From Chlorokybus atmophyticus (lineage: Eukaryota; Plantae; Mesostigma and Chlorokybus algae), in the NCBI GenBank assembly GCA_009103225.1, contig RHPI01003536.1:79697-143696 (forward strand): a DNA stretch of 64,000 nt, read 5' to 3'. The notes under the pieces were generated by a model. The model saw only the letters and a list, made by a program, of their open reading frames with translations, did not search any database and had not been told where the DNA came from. Each line of letters starts with the position of its first letter. The first letter of the stretch is position 1. Both the position numbers and the translations under genes were made by a program. Of the stretch, positions 11,067 through 23,136 are shown piece by piece.

Positions 11067-13198
11067 TCAGCTCCAGTCATCAGTCAGCTTGGGCTTTGCT
11101 GACGGCGGCTTCCCTGCAGCACACTCGTGAGTCACATATGCATCACTTGCACTTTTTGTACACACTCCTCCCAATGTGTCATGTGTCCGATCTGCTTAGC
11201 ACGCATTTCCAGCAGCACACCAACAGAGCCATCAACACACCGGCTTGCATGCCGCACTGGCGGTTGTGCCTGTCGTCCCCGCGGTCATACTCGCAGTACC
11301 TCACGTGTCCCTCACGATGCAGCGCAAGCATCAGGTCCCGCTCCGCGTCGAACGAGTGCGTGGGGTTCATGGAGTTCTTCTTCGCGTTGTGCGCCGGCGT
11401 GAACAGGTGGAAGTAGTGGTACCCGCTGTTGCTGTTGGACTTGTCGTTGTCGTCTTTGGTGGTGGTGTGGTCGTCCTCGATGCCCGCATTGAGACCGAAA
11501 CCGTATATCGTCACGTTGCGGCACAGTTGAAACATCGTGAACACCGCAGCGTATCCTGATGATGGCTGAAACAAGAAAAGGCTACTGCTGTGTTACTCGT
11601 TTCTGTTTGCATGTGAGATCAGATACCAACACAACAAATTTACCGTGGAGCCACCAAAGTAAGGGCCTCGTTTGACATCATCAAGCTTGGTTCGGTACGC
11701 GACAAGCAGCCTCCGCGCCGCACTGAGGAGAGTGAGAGACACTCTCAACATCACATTCTGAAGGGAGAAGTTGACAACACGACATGAATAGCGAGTGGCA
11801 CTTGTGTGCATGTACCCTATTACGCGGGAGGATAGGAAGAGTGCGCGCACGTCGGGACGCGCCTCGGCCAGGTAGCACGCCAGCCTGTCGTACGCCCTCG
11901 CCGTCGAGCGCGTCACAATCAACGTCACCTCCTGCTCCAATGGCAAACCTGTGGACGCAGAAGCATTGTTGATGTCTATGTTGTGAATGTTGCGATGCAT
12001 CTAGCCTATGTTGTACAGTTGGATGCACTGTGCAGACTGCTGATACTCCTTGACTTATGCTGCGATGCATTTGCGTACAATTCCAACACGTGCATCTGTC
12101 ACATACAAGCACAGCCACGCGTGCACACACGCGTGTCCAAACACGAACCTTCTTCGACAAAGTGCACATCGGCATACTTGTTGGTCCAGCGCGTGTTGAT
12201 CAGCCTAAACGTGGTCTTCTCGCCAACATGCCGCGCGTACCGCTTTGTCGGCGCCTGTTTGGCACAGATTGAGACACTGAAGATGCATGCGTGTGCCGAT
12301 ACACACGCGCGCATGTGCTTGGTGTTGCATTCGTGTCATGCCAAACAACGGCACAACAATCTGGCACGCAACATCCTGCATGCGCACGCATGCACGCACG
12401 CACTTGGTTGATGCGCACGACGACCGTGTGCGAGTCGATCGCTCGCCCGAACGCGGAACTGAGCAGCGAGCCCGCTGACCCAACCACCGCGCACGAGTCG
12501 AACTCGTAGCGACCAAGCGCAATACTCCCATTGATGGGAAAAGAACTGTGTGCATATGAGAGTGAATGTGAATGTGTGTGTGTGTGTGTGCGCGCGCGCG
12601 AGAGTGTAAACATATGTGGGTCGTTGTGCGTGTGCGCGCACGCATGCACGCACAACGTGTGACATTGAGAACCTCCTACTGTCATTGAGCTATGGGATCT
12701 CCCCACCTGTTGTGTTTGAGTCTTTTGAGCTGGTCCGCCGGCAGCACTCTGGCCAGGATGCCACGGTGCAGGAACAGGTTCTCCTTCGGGAGCGGCGCGC
12801 GCAGCAAGGAAGCATATGGGGCAAATGAAGGCAAGTCCACAGCATAATCTGACAATAGACAATTATTCAATCAACGTCACAATTACTCTATATTGTAGCA
12901 TTGGCTTGTTGAATCAGTTAGTGCTCTCACTTGGTTTGACCCACTCATCTCCTTCCATCCACTTGTGCTTGCGGTGATTGCTATCCTCATCGTCGCTATC
13001 GACGACGTCATTGATGTCGTGGAGGCGGCGGTGGACAGTGTTTCCGCCGCCGCCGCTGGCCTGGCCTGGTAGGAGCGAGGCGTGGCGAGCTAGCCAGGTG
13101 ACGCAGAGTAGGGCGGCGGCGGCGGCGAAGCACACCTGCGGCACGCTCCAGGCCGCCACCTGTGCAGGCCCAGACCGTTGCTGCTTCCTCAATTTCAT
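11067..13198 (-). CDS. GT29 sialyltransferase-like type II membrane glycosyltransferase (3' end approximate)
   Basis: N-terminal TM helix (VCFAAAAALLCVTWL). Sialylmotif L CAVVGSAGSLLSSAFGRAIDSHTVVVRINQ|APTKRYARHVGEKTTFRLIN, motif S PSSGYAAVFTMFQLCRNVTIYGF, motif III YHYF, motif VS HSFDAERDLM. Confidence 0.9.
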
Positions 13199-13692
13199 GC
13201 TTTCACTCCCACCGGCCTGACCAGGCCACGCCAGACTGTTTGGCCTGGTCAGGCCAGAGCCTGACAACCACCATCGACAATGGACAGAGTCATACACGTC
13301 GACGGTCGACGACCGCAAAACCGAGGTAGTTACATTAACGGCTGACGGCAACACGGAAGAGTCACCTAACACTACTGTCCCGTCCTCCGTTTAAGTCACG
13401 TAGCCCGGCTCTTGAAGCATCCTTTGCACTATGTCTGGGGAAGCCAAAGACTAGAAGCCATCTTCAGTGACATTGTACCCCAGGGAAGCAGCTCGAGCCA
13501 GACTGCAAATTGCTGTTCCAGATTCGCTTCTGCAAAGACGGAGAAACGGCTTCCGCTTCTCTCTGCTGCTCTGTCGATATTCCTGTCGTCATTGTCATCG
13601 TTGTTGCCCTTGTCCTTGTTCTTGTTGGCGGCGGTTTAGTCATCACTGGGAGTGTTGTTGTTGCCTCTAGGGGTCCTCTGTGTATACCCACC

Positions 13693-15553
13693 ATGGCGGC
13701 GGCGGTTGCTGCGGCTGCGCAGCTGGTGCAGCAGTCTAGCGGTGAGTCCAGGTTGAGGCATGCCAGGCGGCATGCGCTGGCTCCGGCGGCGGTGAAGGCG
13801 AGCAAGCCTGTCCAGGTGGCCAACAGGCGCGGCGACAGGCGCAGCAACAGCCTGGTGGTCCGCAACGCCTCGACTGTGCTGGATCCCCACAGCTGGCACG
13901 TCTGCGAGAGCGACCTGCTCGAGGAGGGATGCTACCTGCAGGAGGAGAACCAGCTGGAGTCACTCAAGAAGATGTCAAAGGTGGGGACACACTCACACTG
14001 TCTGTGTAGTACTGTTAGTTATAGTGTGTACTGGCAATGGTTGGTGGTGATCAAGGATGCACTGTTGTGGGTTCTCAATCAGATGTGCCTGGTTCTCCTC
14101 AGGTGGTTGCGGACTCTGGCGACTTTGGCCTTGTCAAGAAGTACAAGCCCATTGACTCAACAACCAACCCTAGGTGTGTGCACTTGTAACTGTATGTGTG
14201 CGTGTGTATGCGTGCGCAGTTATGTGCGCATGCTCCTGTGTAAGCATGTGCACATGTGTGTGTATGCATTGGCCAGGCATTATGCGTGCGTGAGCGTGTA
14301 CACGCGTCTACAATCACGCACGCACGCGCATGCATGCTTGTGCGCACGTGTGTATGCGTGCATATCCACTTGTGCACGTGCTCGTGTTTTTCTGCACGTG
14401 CATGTGTACATTGCCCTGACACAACTCGTCGGTCCACAGTCTGATCCTCAAAGCCGCCACCATGCCCGAGTACAAGCCTTTGGTCCTCAAAGCCCTCAAA
14501 TACAAATCTCCCGCTGGCGTGCGTGTCGACCGTCCCATGTCCGTCGTGGTTGACAAGCTCGCCGTCGACTTCGGCTCAGAACTCCTCAAGATCATCCCCG
14601 GCCGCGTCTCCACGGAGGTGGACGCCCACCTCTCTTACGACACGCGCGCCACGGTCGACAAGGCCCACTACCTCCTTGACTTGTATGCTGCCAAGGGGGT
14701 GGATCCGTCTAGGGTTTATATCAAGATCGCGTCGACGTGGGAAGGGATCAAAGCGTGCGAGGAGCTGGAGAAGGAAGGGATCAAGTGTAACATGACGCTG
14801 CTGTTCTCGTTCGCGCAAGGGGTGGCGTGCGCGGAGGCGGGGGCGGCGCTCATATCGCCGTTCGTCGGACGCATACTCGACTGGTGAGCAGATAGCTGGC
14901 GTGCGCGTGTTGCGTGTCCAGATGCATGCATGTGTATGCAATTGTGCATGCGTATGCGCATGCGCACACGTTGAGAAGTGTACATGTGTGACTGCAAGCG
15001 CGCACGTAGGTTGGTGGGGGGCACATGCACGCACCCACACCAACGTACACCCTTCTTGCTCATGTGTACGGATGCCGTTTGCTGTCAAGAACACAACATG
15101 AACATCTTCTCTCAACCCAACAGGTACAAGAAGGCGGAGGGTCGCGACTTTGCCCCCCACGAGGACCCGGGCGTCCAGTCCGTGAAGCGCATCTACAACT
15201 ACTACAAGAAGTACAACTACAACACCATCATCATGGCGGCTTCCTTCCGCAACATCGGCGAGATACGCGAGCTCGCGGGCTGCGACAACATCACCATCTC
15301 CCCTGCTCTACTAGAAGAGCTCCAACAGTCCACCGAACCCCTCGTGTGCAAGCTCGCGCCCGGCGTGGCGAAGCTCGAGGCGTGGCGAGGTGGATGTGTG
15401 GAGGAGAAGGTACACCTCGATGAGGAGAAGTTCAAGGAGATGCATGGAGGGGATCAGATGGCGGTGGAGAAGCTGGATGAAGGGATAAAGGGGTTCGCCA
15501 AGGATCAGGAGAAGCTGGAGGAGTTTCTGGCGTCACTTGCTGCGCAGCAGTGA
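13693..15553 (+). CDS. TAL: Transaldolase with a putative plastid transit peptide
   Basis: VVADSGD..TTNP|[55 protein letters not shown]. Ala/Arg/Ser-rich N-terminus. Confidence 0.96.
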
Positions 15554-16303
15554 TATGTGGGTGTGCGTGGGTATGTGGGAGTGTGGTTATGCGCCTCGGG
15601 ATCATGTGTAGAAAGTGAAGGTTGTGACACCCAGCAACGAGGTGGCACATAGTGTATAGGGAAGCAAACAAGTATGTACATTAGGTTGTTGAGTTTGTTA
15701 TAGAGGCAACCCGCAACACCAGTGAATTGGACTCGTGCTTGCACTCGGCATGCTTTCTGTTGGTGCAGGTTGTTCATGCCCAAATGCGTGTGCAGGCGCG
15801 CGCGTGATGGTGTTGCACCCTCAGCAGCCAAAGACAGTGCTCGTCCCCAAGCACAAGTTGTCAGTCACACATGCTTGCTGTGTGCATGAGACAGGCGACG
15901 CGGGAGGGCAATCAGCCATCTCAGCTAGCACGGTCATTACTGTTGCACAGGCCACACACAATGGAGTAATTAGACACAAGTAATTAGACATTCGAACAAG
16001 CCAAGAGTATGCGCACAGGACTATGAACCCCTTGGATGGCCCACCACACCAAGTGCAGGCCGGGCGGCAGAAACAAGCCAACCTGCTACGGTCGCAGCAG
16101 CAGTTTGCCATCACAGCTATGGATGGCACCATGCGCGCGCGCATGTGCGTACGCGCGCGTGCATGCAGCGTGCATAATGCGTGGTCCACTAGTACTCTCT
16201 GCTGTGCAACAGAGACCAAGTGAGCGTCTCTTACCAACAATTACCTTACCAGCCACTAGTGTTGTACTCAGCAACATAACACCAACTACGAGGGATGGCA
16301 CTG

Positions 16304-17212
16304 CTATTGTGATTGTTGTTGTTGTTGCGACTGCTGCTGTTGCGCTTGTTGCTGTAGTTGTTGTTGTTGTTGTTGTTGTTTGTCGTCTTTGTTGGGCGTT
16401 TGCAACACGTACAGCGACGACGCGGACATGAGCGCGACGGTGGCCGCCTGCGCGACAACGCGGGCGCGCATCAGGTTCTGGCTCGCGCGGCTGTGGCCCT
16501 TCTTGAACGCGTACAGGCCGCCGATAAGGACACCAGCCGTAATAGCAGCACCTGCGTGTGAGTGAGGGTGAGTGGTTGGGCGCGTGCGCGCGTGTGCGTG
16601 CGTACGTGCGCGCGCGCTGGGGTGCGGGTGGATGCGCATAGATGTCGCGTGCGCGTGCGTGCGTGTGTGCGTGCGTGCGCTTGTGCGGGCGTGTGTGTTT
16701 GTGCGCGTGCCTTTGTGCGAGTGGGTAGGTGCGTACGCGCATGCGTGCTTTGTGAGGACTGTCTGTATTGTATACGTGTGGGTAAGCCAACACTGCATGT
16801 CTGATACAAGCTGCTGATGCGTGAGCTGCAAGATGCCTGTGTAAGACCGACCAGTGCCATCAAGACCACCTCTAACAACCATGCAATGGCAACATACAGA
16901 GCAGAGCAGGACAACCAACAAGGTAGCAGAGCGGTCGATCTGTACATACCAACCATGAAACCCACACTGTCTACGTTGTGCATGCTTTCAGGGGGCGCAA
17001 TTGAACACAATCAGGTCAACTGTGTCATGTTGTGTTGCAGCTGCCCAATAACCTATTGAGCGTATAGTGGTGGCATGCATTTAGGGTGAAATCTGCAAAT
17101 TGATACCTATGGGCACAAGAGGGTTTCTGAGTCGCTTCTTCTGCTCAAACATGTCCTCATCAACGTCATGCAGCCCATGCGGCGGCGGCGGGGGCACCGC
17201 CGACGGCGCCAT
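16304..17212 (-). CDS. HIG1-domain mitochondrial protein (Rcf1/HIGD-like) with a poly-Gln tail
   Basis: MAPSAVPPPPPHGLHDVDEDMFEQKKRLRNPLVPIG|AAITAGVLIGGLYAFKKGHSRASQNLMRARVVAQAATV matches the HIG1 signature NPLVP.G and Q..MRARV.AQ. The start codon is tentative. Confidence 0.88.
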
Positions 17213-18131
17213 GGACGACCCCCTTAGTCTATCCTCGCCTCAATCAACCCACGTTGTAAGTTACATAAACTCAATTTGTCGTCCTTCAGCACCTTCTTCA
17301 CCCACTTCGCATTCACCGCCGCTGCCGCCGCTGCTCGCGCAGTACACCACGTGGCGCATGCAGGCGCCATCTAGGGCTAAGGATCTCTGATCCTAATCCA
17401 CAAACTCTGGATCTACAAACCGGTTCAGCAGCCTGATTGACCGAGCCGGGTTCAGGCGCCAAACTGATCAGGTTTGACCAAACTGGTTGTTTTGGTTTGC
17501 AGCTCGCACAAACAGCAGGCGGCGGCGGCGGTGGCGCTGGGGCTGTGGGATTTATGGGCGCTCTGCGGATGCGCGGGAGTTGCTGCTTGGCTCCCTTTAT
17601 GTTTGCTACTGAATGACTACCAGGATTAGCAGCAGCATGTTGACATGGGTGAAAGAGAGGAGGAGAGGAGGAGCATGAGGCGGCGGCTGGTCGGGAACGG
17701 CCTGGTGCAGTTACTCGTTTGAGCAGGTGCCTAATCATGCTCACGATCATGCTCTTGAGACTTTATGCTACTGCTGTGCGTCTACGCATTTGTCTCCATC
17801 TGCATATGTCTCTCTTGCAAACTGCTACTACTGTTTACATTCTCTCTGCTAGTACATTCTGACCATCTTGGTTGACATTTAGTGGTTGTGGTTGTGGTGT
17901 TGTTAACAGCTGTGGCGTGTTCTGTTCTCTCTGACTCGATATGTGTTTGGGTTCGGGTCGTTTACAACCAGTTGCTCGCAGCAGCCACACTTGTTCATGC
18001 ATGCATGCATGCACGCCATGCACACGTGTTGCTTTCAACTGTGCTCCCAGTTAGCGCCACCAAGCACACTTCTTCTGCCTTGGCAGTGTTTGGAAAATTG
18101 CAGATAGTTGGAGGCGTCTCTACTCCTCATT

Positions 18132-21100
18132 ATGGAGTACAAGTGCGCGAACGTGCTGGGGGCAGCCTACCGCGGCGCCAACATAGTCATCTCAAGAGAC
18201 CGGTCAGTGGGTGTGCGCTGCGTGTTTCTCTTGCATGCGTATGCGTGTGCGTGCGCGTGCGTGCATTTGACTGATGAGGCGTGCAACCTCCATGGCACGC
18301 AGCACGCTGCTCAGCGCGGCGTCCAACCGCGTCGCCGTGACGGACCTCGCCGCGGCCTCCTCGCGCGTGCTGCCCCACGCCCACGCGCGCGCCATCGCGT
18401 GCCTCGCGCTCCACCCGGACGGTGAGGACACAGCTGGAGACAGAGACTTTGCGCACGGTGGTTGTGATGCTGATGTGTGGTACTGACCATGCTGTTGTAG
18501 GCAACTTGCTGCTGTCGTTTGATGATGCGGGCAAGGGTATACTCACCAACGTCAGGCGCCAGGTGGGTTGGTTGCGTGCGTGCGAGTGTGATGCATGCAC
18601 ATATCAGCGGGTGCGCGCAAGAGCACCCGTGCGCATGTGTGCGTGGGGTGCTTTGGTGCATGAGGACCAGTGTATGTCTATGCCTGTGTGCGCACGAGCC
18701 ACCCAGAAACTTGTAACCCCTCTTCGCTCCAGTTATTACGTAACGACACAACCTCTTTGTATACAAACACCACAGGTTGTTCTCCATCATCTCAACTTCA
18801 AGGCCCCCGTCAAGTGCGCGCAATTCAGCCCCGACGGCCGCTACTTCGCTGTCGCCATCGGCAAACACGTGCAGGTGACTGTCGAAACACTGCTATCATG
18901 GCTAACGTAAATACAACAACAACAACAACAACAAACACACGTTCACTTACAGGTGTGGAGGACTCCCGGGATGGCCAAGGAGTTCGCCCCGTTTGCCCTC
19001 CTGCGCACTTACACGGGCTGCTACGACGATGTCACGTGCATCGACTGGTCAAGCGATTCGTGCTGGTTCCTCGCCGGCTCCAAAGATCTGACGGTGAGTG
19101 GGAAACAACATTTTATGGTTTGCTTCACGCACATGCACACAACACGGCTGTGTGTGTGTGTGCGCACATGCACACGCGTACAACACAGGCGCACGCACAG
19201 GAACACACATGCAAATGCACAAACACCCATGTGTGCACACACCCAGGCGCGCGCATGCGCACACGCAGGCACGCGCACGCACACATGCAGGCACACACAC
19301 ACGCGCGCGCGCTCTCGCTCACTTTGTTGTTCTCTCTAGGTGAGGATCTACTCGCGTGATCCCGTGGAAGGTTTCAAGCCCGTGACTCTGTCCGGCCACC
19401 GCGACAACATGGTCGCTGCCTTCTGGGACGAAACCGACCCGCACGCCCCACAAGTAATGTCGTTGTTGTTGTATACTGTATTCACGCTGACACTTGCACT
19501 ACGACTCTCCCCACGACAACAAGTATACCACAACAGATCTACTCCGTGTCGCGGGACGGCGCGCTCTTCGTGTGGCAATTCAAGCCCGACGACTCCACAC
19601 CAACCTCACCCACACCCACACCCACACCCACAACCGCAAGCACAACGACAACAACCCCCACCCACCTCTCCCGTGGCGTGTGGTCCCGTCTCTCGCGCCA
19701 CTTCTTCAACCAGACTCCCGCCAAGTTGTCCAGCGCAGCTTACCACAGAGCGGGCAGGCTTCTGGTTGTCGGGTTCTCCTCTGGAGTGTTTGGCTTGTAT
19801 CAGATGCCGGGGTTTGAGAGCATCCATCGGCTGAGCGTGTCGAGGGAGAGGATCGATAGCGTGGCGTTCAATGGGACGGGGGACTGGCTCGCGATGGGGT
19901 GAGTGCTTGATGGGTCGGGTACTTAGTTGTGGTTCAGTTGTGAGGTTGAGATGATGCGTGTGAGCGGGCGCTTGCGTGCGTATGTGCCACACGTGCGCGT
20001 ATTGAGTGAGTGTGCGCATACATACGCACGCACGCATACATGCGTGCACGCATGCGTGTTAGAGTGTGTGTGCGCACATGTGTATCGATCCCATAGGTTT
20101 GTGTTGGGGTGTGGAACGCATTCACGTACACACACTCAAGTGTCATTACCTCTTGTGTTTCATGTGTGTGCAGGTGTGCGAAGTTGGGTCAGTTGCTCGT
20201 GTGGGAGTGGCGTTCGGAGACGTACATCCTGCGCCAGCAGGGCCACTACTATGGCGCCAACACCGTCGCGTTCTCACCGGACTCGCAACTTATTGCCAGT
20301 GGCGCCGACGACAACAAGGCAAGCATGTCCTTATTTGCTGCAAGGGATCAACACACGCTCACACCCGCATGCGTACACAAGCCCACACGCACGTGCGCGC
20401 GCATGTACAGACGCACGCACGCACACGAGAGCACACTCGCGTGCACGCACACGCGCACGCGTATGCAGTGGTGCACGCACAACGTGTACGCACATTTGCA
20501 TCTGCACACCAACACTTGTGCCATGCATGCAGGTGAAGTTGTGGAACGCCGCGTCGGGCAGCGCCTTTGTCACGTTCAACGAGCACACGTCTCCCGTGAC
20601 GAGCGTGACCTTCAGCGCGGCGGGCAACTGCGTCCTGTCGGCGTCGTTGGACGGGACCGTCCGCGCGTACGACCTCGCACGGTACCGCAACTTCCGCACG
20701 TTCGTTACGGGAGCCGAACGCGCGCAGCTCGCGTGCCTCGCCGTCGACCCCTCCGGAGAGATCGTGTGCGCGGGTACGGGTTGTCGTGTGTGTCGTTGCA
20801 GTGCGTGCATGGCGGATAGGCGCGCGCGTGTATATGTGGGCGTGCGCATGCGTACACGCGCACATATACACGCGTGCGTTGAGAGCACTTTTGTAACTTG
20901 CATTGAGATAGACATCTGTCCGTTATTGTATGGTCGTGCGCATGGGCAGTCTTCTTCAAGCGTACACGGGGTACATTTAGAAATTTGGTTACGTATAGGT
21001 GCTGTGGACACCTTTTCTCTGTACGTCTGGAGCATGAAGACGGGTCGGCTGCTGGATGTGCTCAGCGGGCACGAAGCGCCCGTCCACGGCCTTGCGTTCA

Positions 21101-22727
21101 GCCCAACACAGGTGCGATGCTGTACTGTCTGTTGTTGTGTCATGTAAGATGCGAAGCACTCATCAACGAGTTGTGTTAGGCGGTGCTGGCGTCGGCGTCG
21201 TGGGACAAGACCGTGCGGTTGTGGGACGTATTCACGGGGAAGGGTGGCGTGGAGACGTTCAACCACACTCACGACGTGCTCGCGCTGGCCTTCCGCCCAG
21301 ACGGTGAGAGTTGTGTCATATGCCACACCCACGCAAACACACAAGCACACGCACATTGTCTCAGGTATACACGCACACACGCGCACGCATGCAGACACCC
21401 ACATACAACAACAACAACAACGTCCTTTCTCTCTCTCAGGCAAGCAGCTCGCTTCCGCCACGCTCGAGGGCGGCCTCTACCTGTGGGACCCCGTCGAGGG
21501 CGAGTTGCGCGGCACGATCGAGGGCCGTCGCGACGTGGCGGGGGGGAGGAGGGCAACGGACCGACAGACCGCCGCCAACGCGTCCTCCGGCAAATGCTTC
21601 AACAGCCTGAGCTACTCCGCGGACGGGACGTACCTGCTAGCGGGTGAGGAGAGTAGTTGTGCGTGTGTGGGTTGTGACAATCACATCCGTGTACGTGCAC
21701 ACAACCATGCATGCGTGTGTGCACGCACGACATTAACACATGTCGTGTGATATGCGCGTAAAACATCAGATGCACATACACGCATACATGCATGTTTCCT
21801 CTATGCCGTGATTATCATCCTGCATGCGTCGTTGTTGTGTCAGGTGGGAGCAGCAAGTACGTGTGTTTGTACGACGTGGAGGAGCTCGTGCTGCTTCGCC
21901 GTTTCCAGATCACGTTCAACCGCGACCTGGACGGCGTGTTGGACTTCCTCAACAGCAAGCGCGTGACCGAGGCGGGACCGTTGGACCTCATCAACGATGA
22001 CGATGATGACGATGAGAATGAAGATGATCACATGAACAAGAAGGCCGAAGACATGCTACCTGGTGAGAAACCCAACAAGGGCCGTCCCGTGGCTCAGACC
22101 AAGTGCGTGGTGTTCTCCTCGACGGGACGCATGTGGGCCGCTGCGTCCACGGAGGGCGTGTTGTTGTACTCGCTCGACGACGTGGCCGTGTTCGATCCCA
22201 CCGACCTCGATATCGACATCACGCCGGCCGCGGCGGAGATAGAGTTGCGGGCCGGGCGATATCTACGCGCCCTCGTGATATCATTCCGACTCAACGAGCC
22301 GACATTGATATTGCGGTGCCTGGCGGCGGTACCCGTTACGCAGATACCCGTCCTCGCGCGCACAATACCAACATCTTATCTCAACCGGCTCGTACCTGCA
22401 CTCGCGGAGCTCCTCGACACGTCATCTCATGTGGAATATGTGCTCACGTGGTGCGCCGAGTTGTGCACATCGCGAGGGCGTGCGTTGCAAGAGGCAAAAG
22501 GGTCCTATTTGCCGGCGTTTAGGAGTTTGCAAAAGGGACTCAAGCGCATGCATGATGAGCTCGCGGGCGTGTGCGAGGCCAACCAATACACGCTGGAGTA
22601 CCTGGCCTCTATATCAAAGATTGCTGAAAAGAAACAACAACATGATGGCGAGGGTGAGGGTGAAGATCAGTTGCGGGGTAGTGGGGCAAACGTGAAGAGG
22701 ACGCGAGCATTGCTGGTAGCTCGATAA
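18132..22727 (+). CDS. PWP2: Periodic tryptophan protein 2 (Utp1), WD40 SSU processome component
   Basis: MEYKCANVLGAAYRG, KLGQLLVWEWRSETYILRQQGH, DGTVRAYDLARYRNFRTF, LSGHEAPV, LASASWDKTVRLWD, C-terminal Utp12-type domain (AVFDPTDLDIDITP). Confidence 0.96.
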
Positions 22728-23136
22728 TGGCAAGTTGTTTGCGCTGGTGCTGCGCGTGTTGCTGTATTGTGCTGGTTTGCTGGTGGCTGCTGTGGGCAGA
22801 TGGATAGCACCCGGTACATGAACCCTCCCAAACTTGCACACTTCTTGTGATATTCGTAGCTGGAAGCATTATGTACTGCAGGAGGTCCAAGCGCACGCAC
22901 CACACGGTTGCAGAAGAACTTCTTGTGCGTGGCAATGACATTGGTGTATTCGATAGAAGTTCATTGTCCTGCATGCATTATCTGCATGGTGTGACACACT
23001 TGCCGTGACTATGACGCACACGAGTTCTGTCCACATGAACACAAATAGGAGCACCACTGCAGGCTCCATACAAGCTTGTAGATATTGCAAAGAGCTTCAA
23101 ACAGTTACACATCAAGTCCCAACACGCGCTTCGTCA

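Noticed and set aside
17313-17750. 145-aa minus-strand ORF upstream of HIG1
   Set aside because: Low-complexity Pro/Ala sequence in a GC-rich promoter/5' UTR with no recognisable domain; could at most be an alternative 5' exon.
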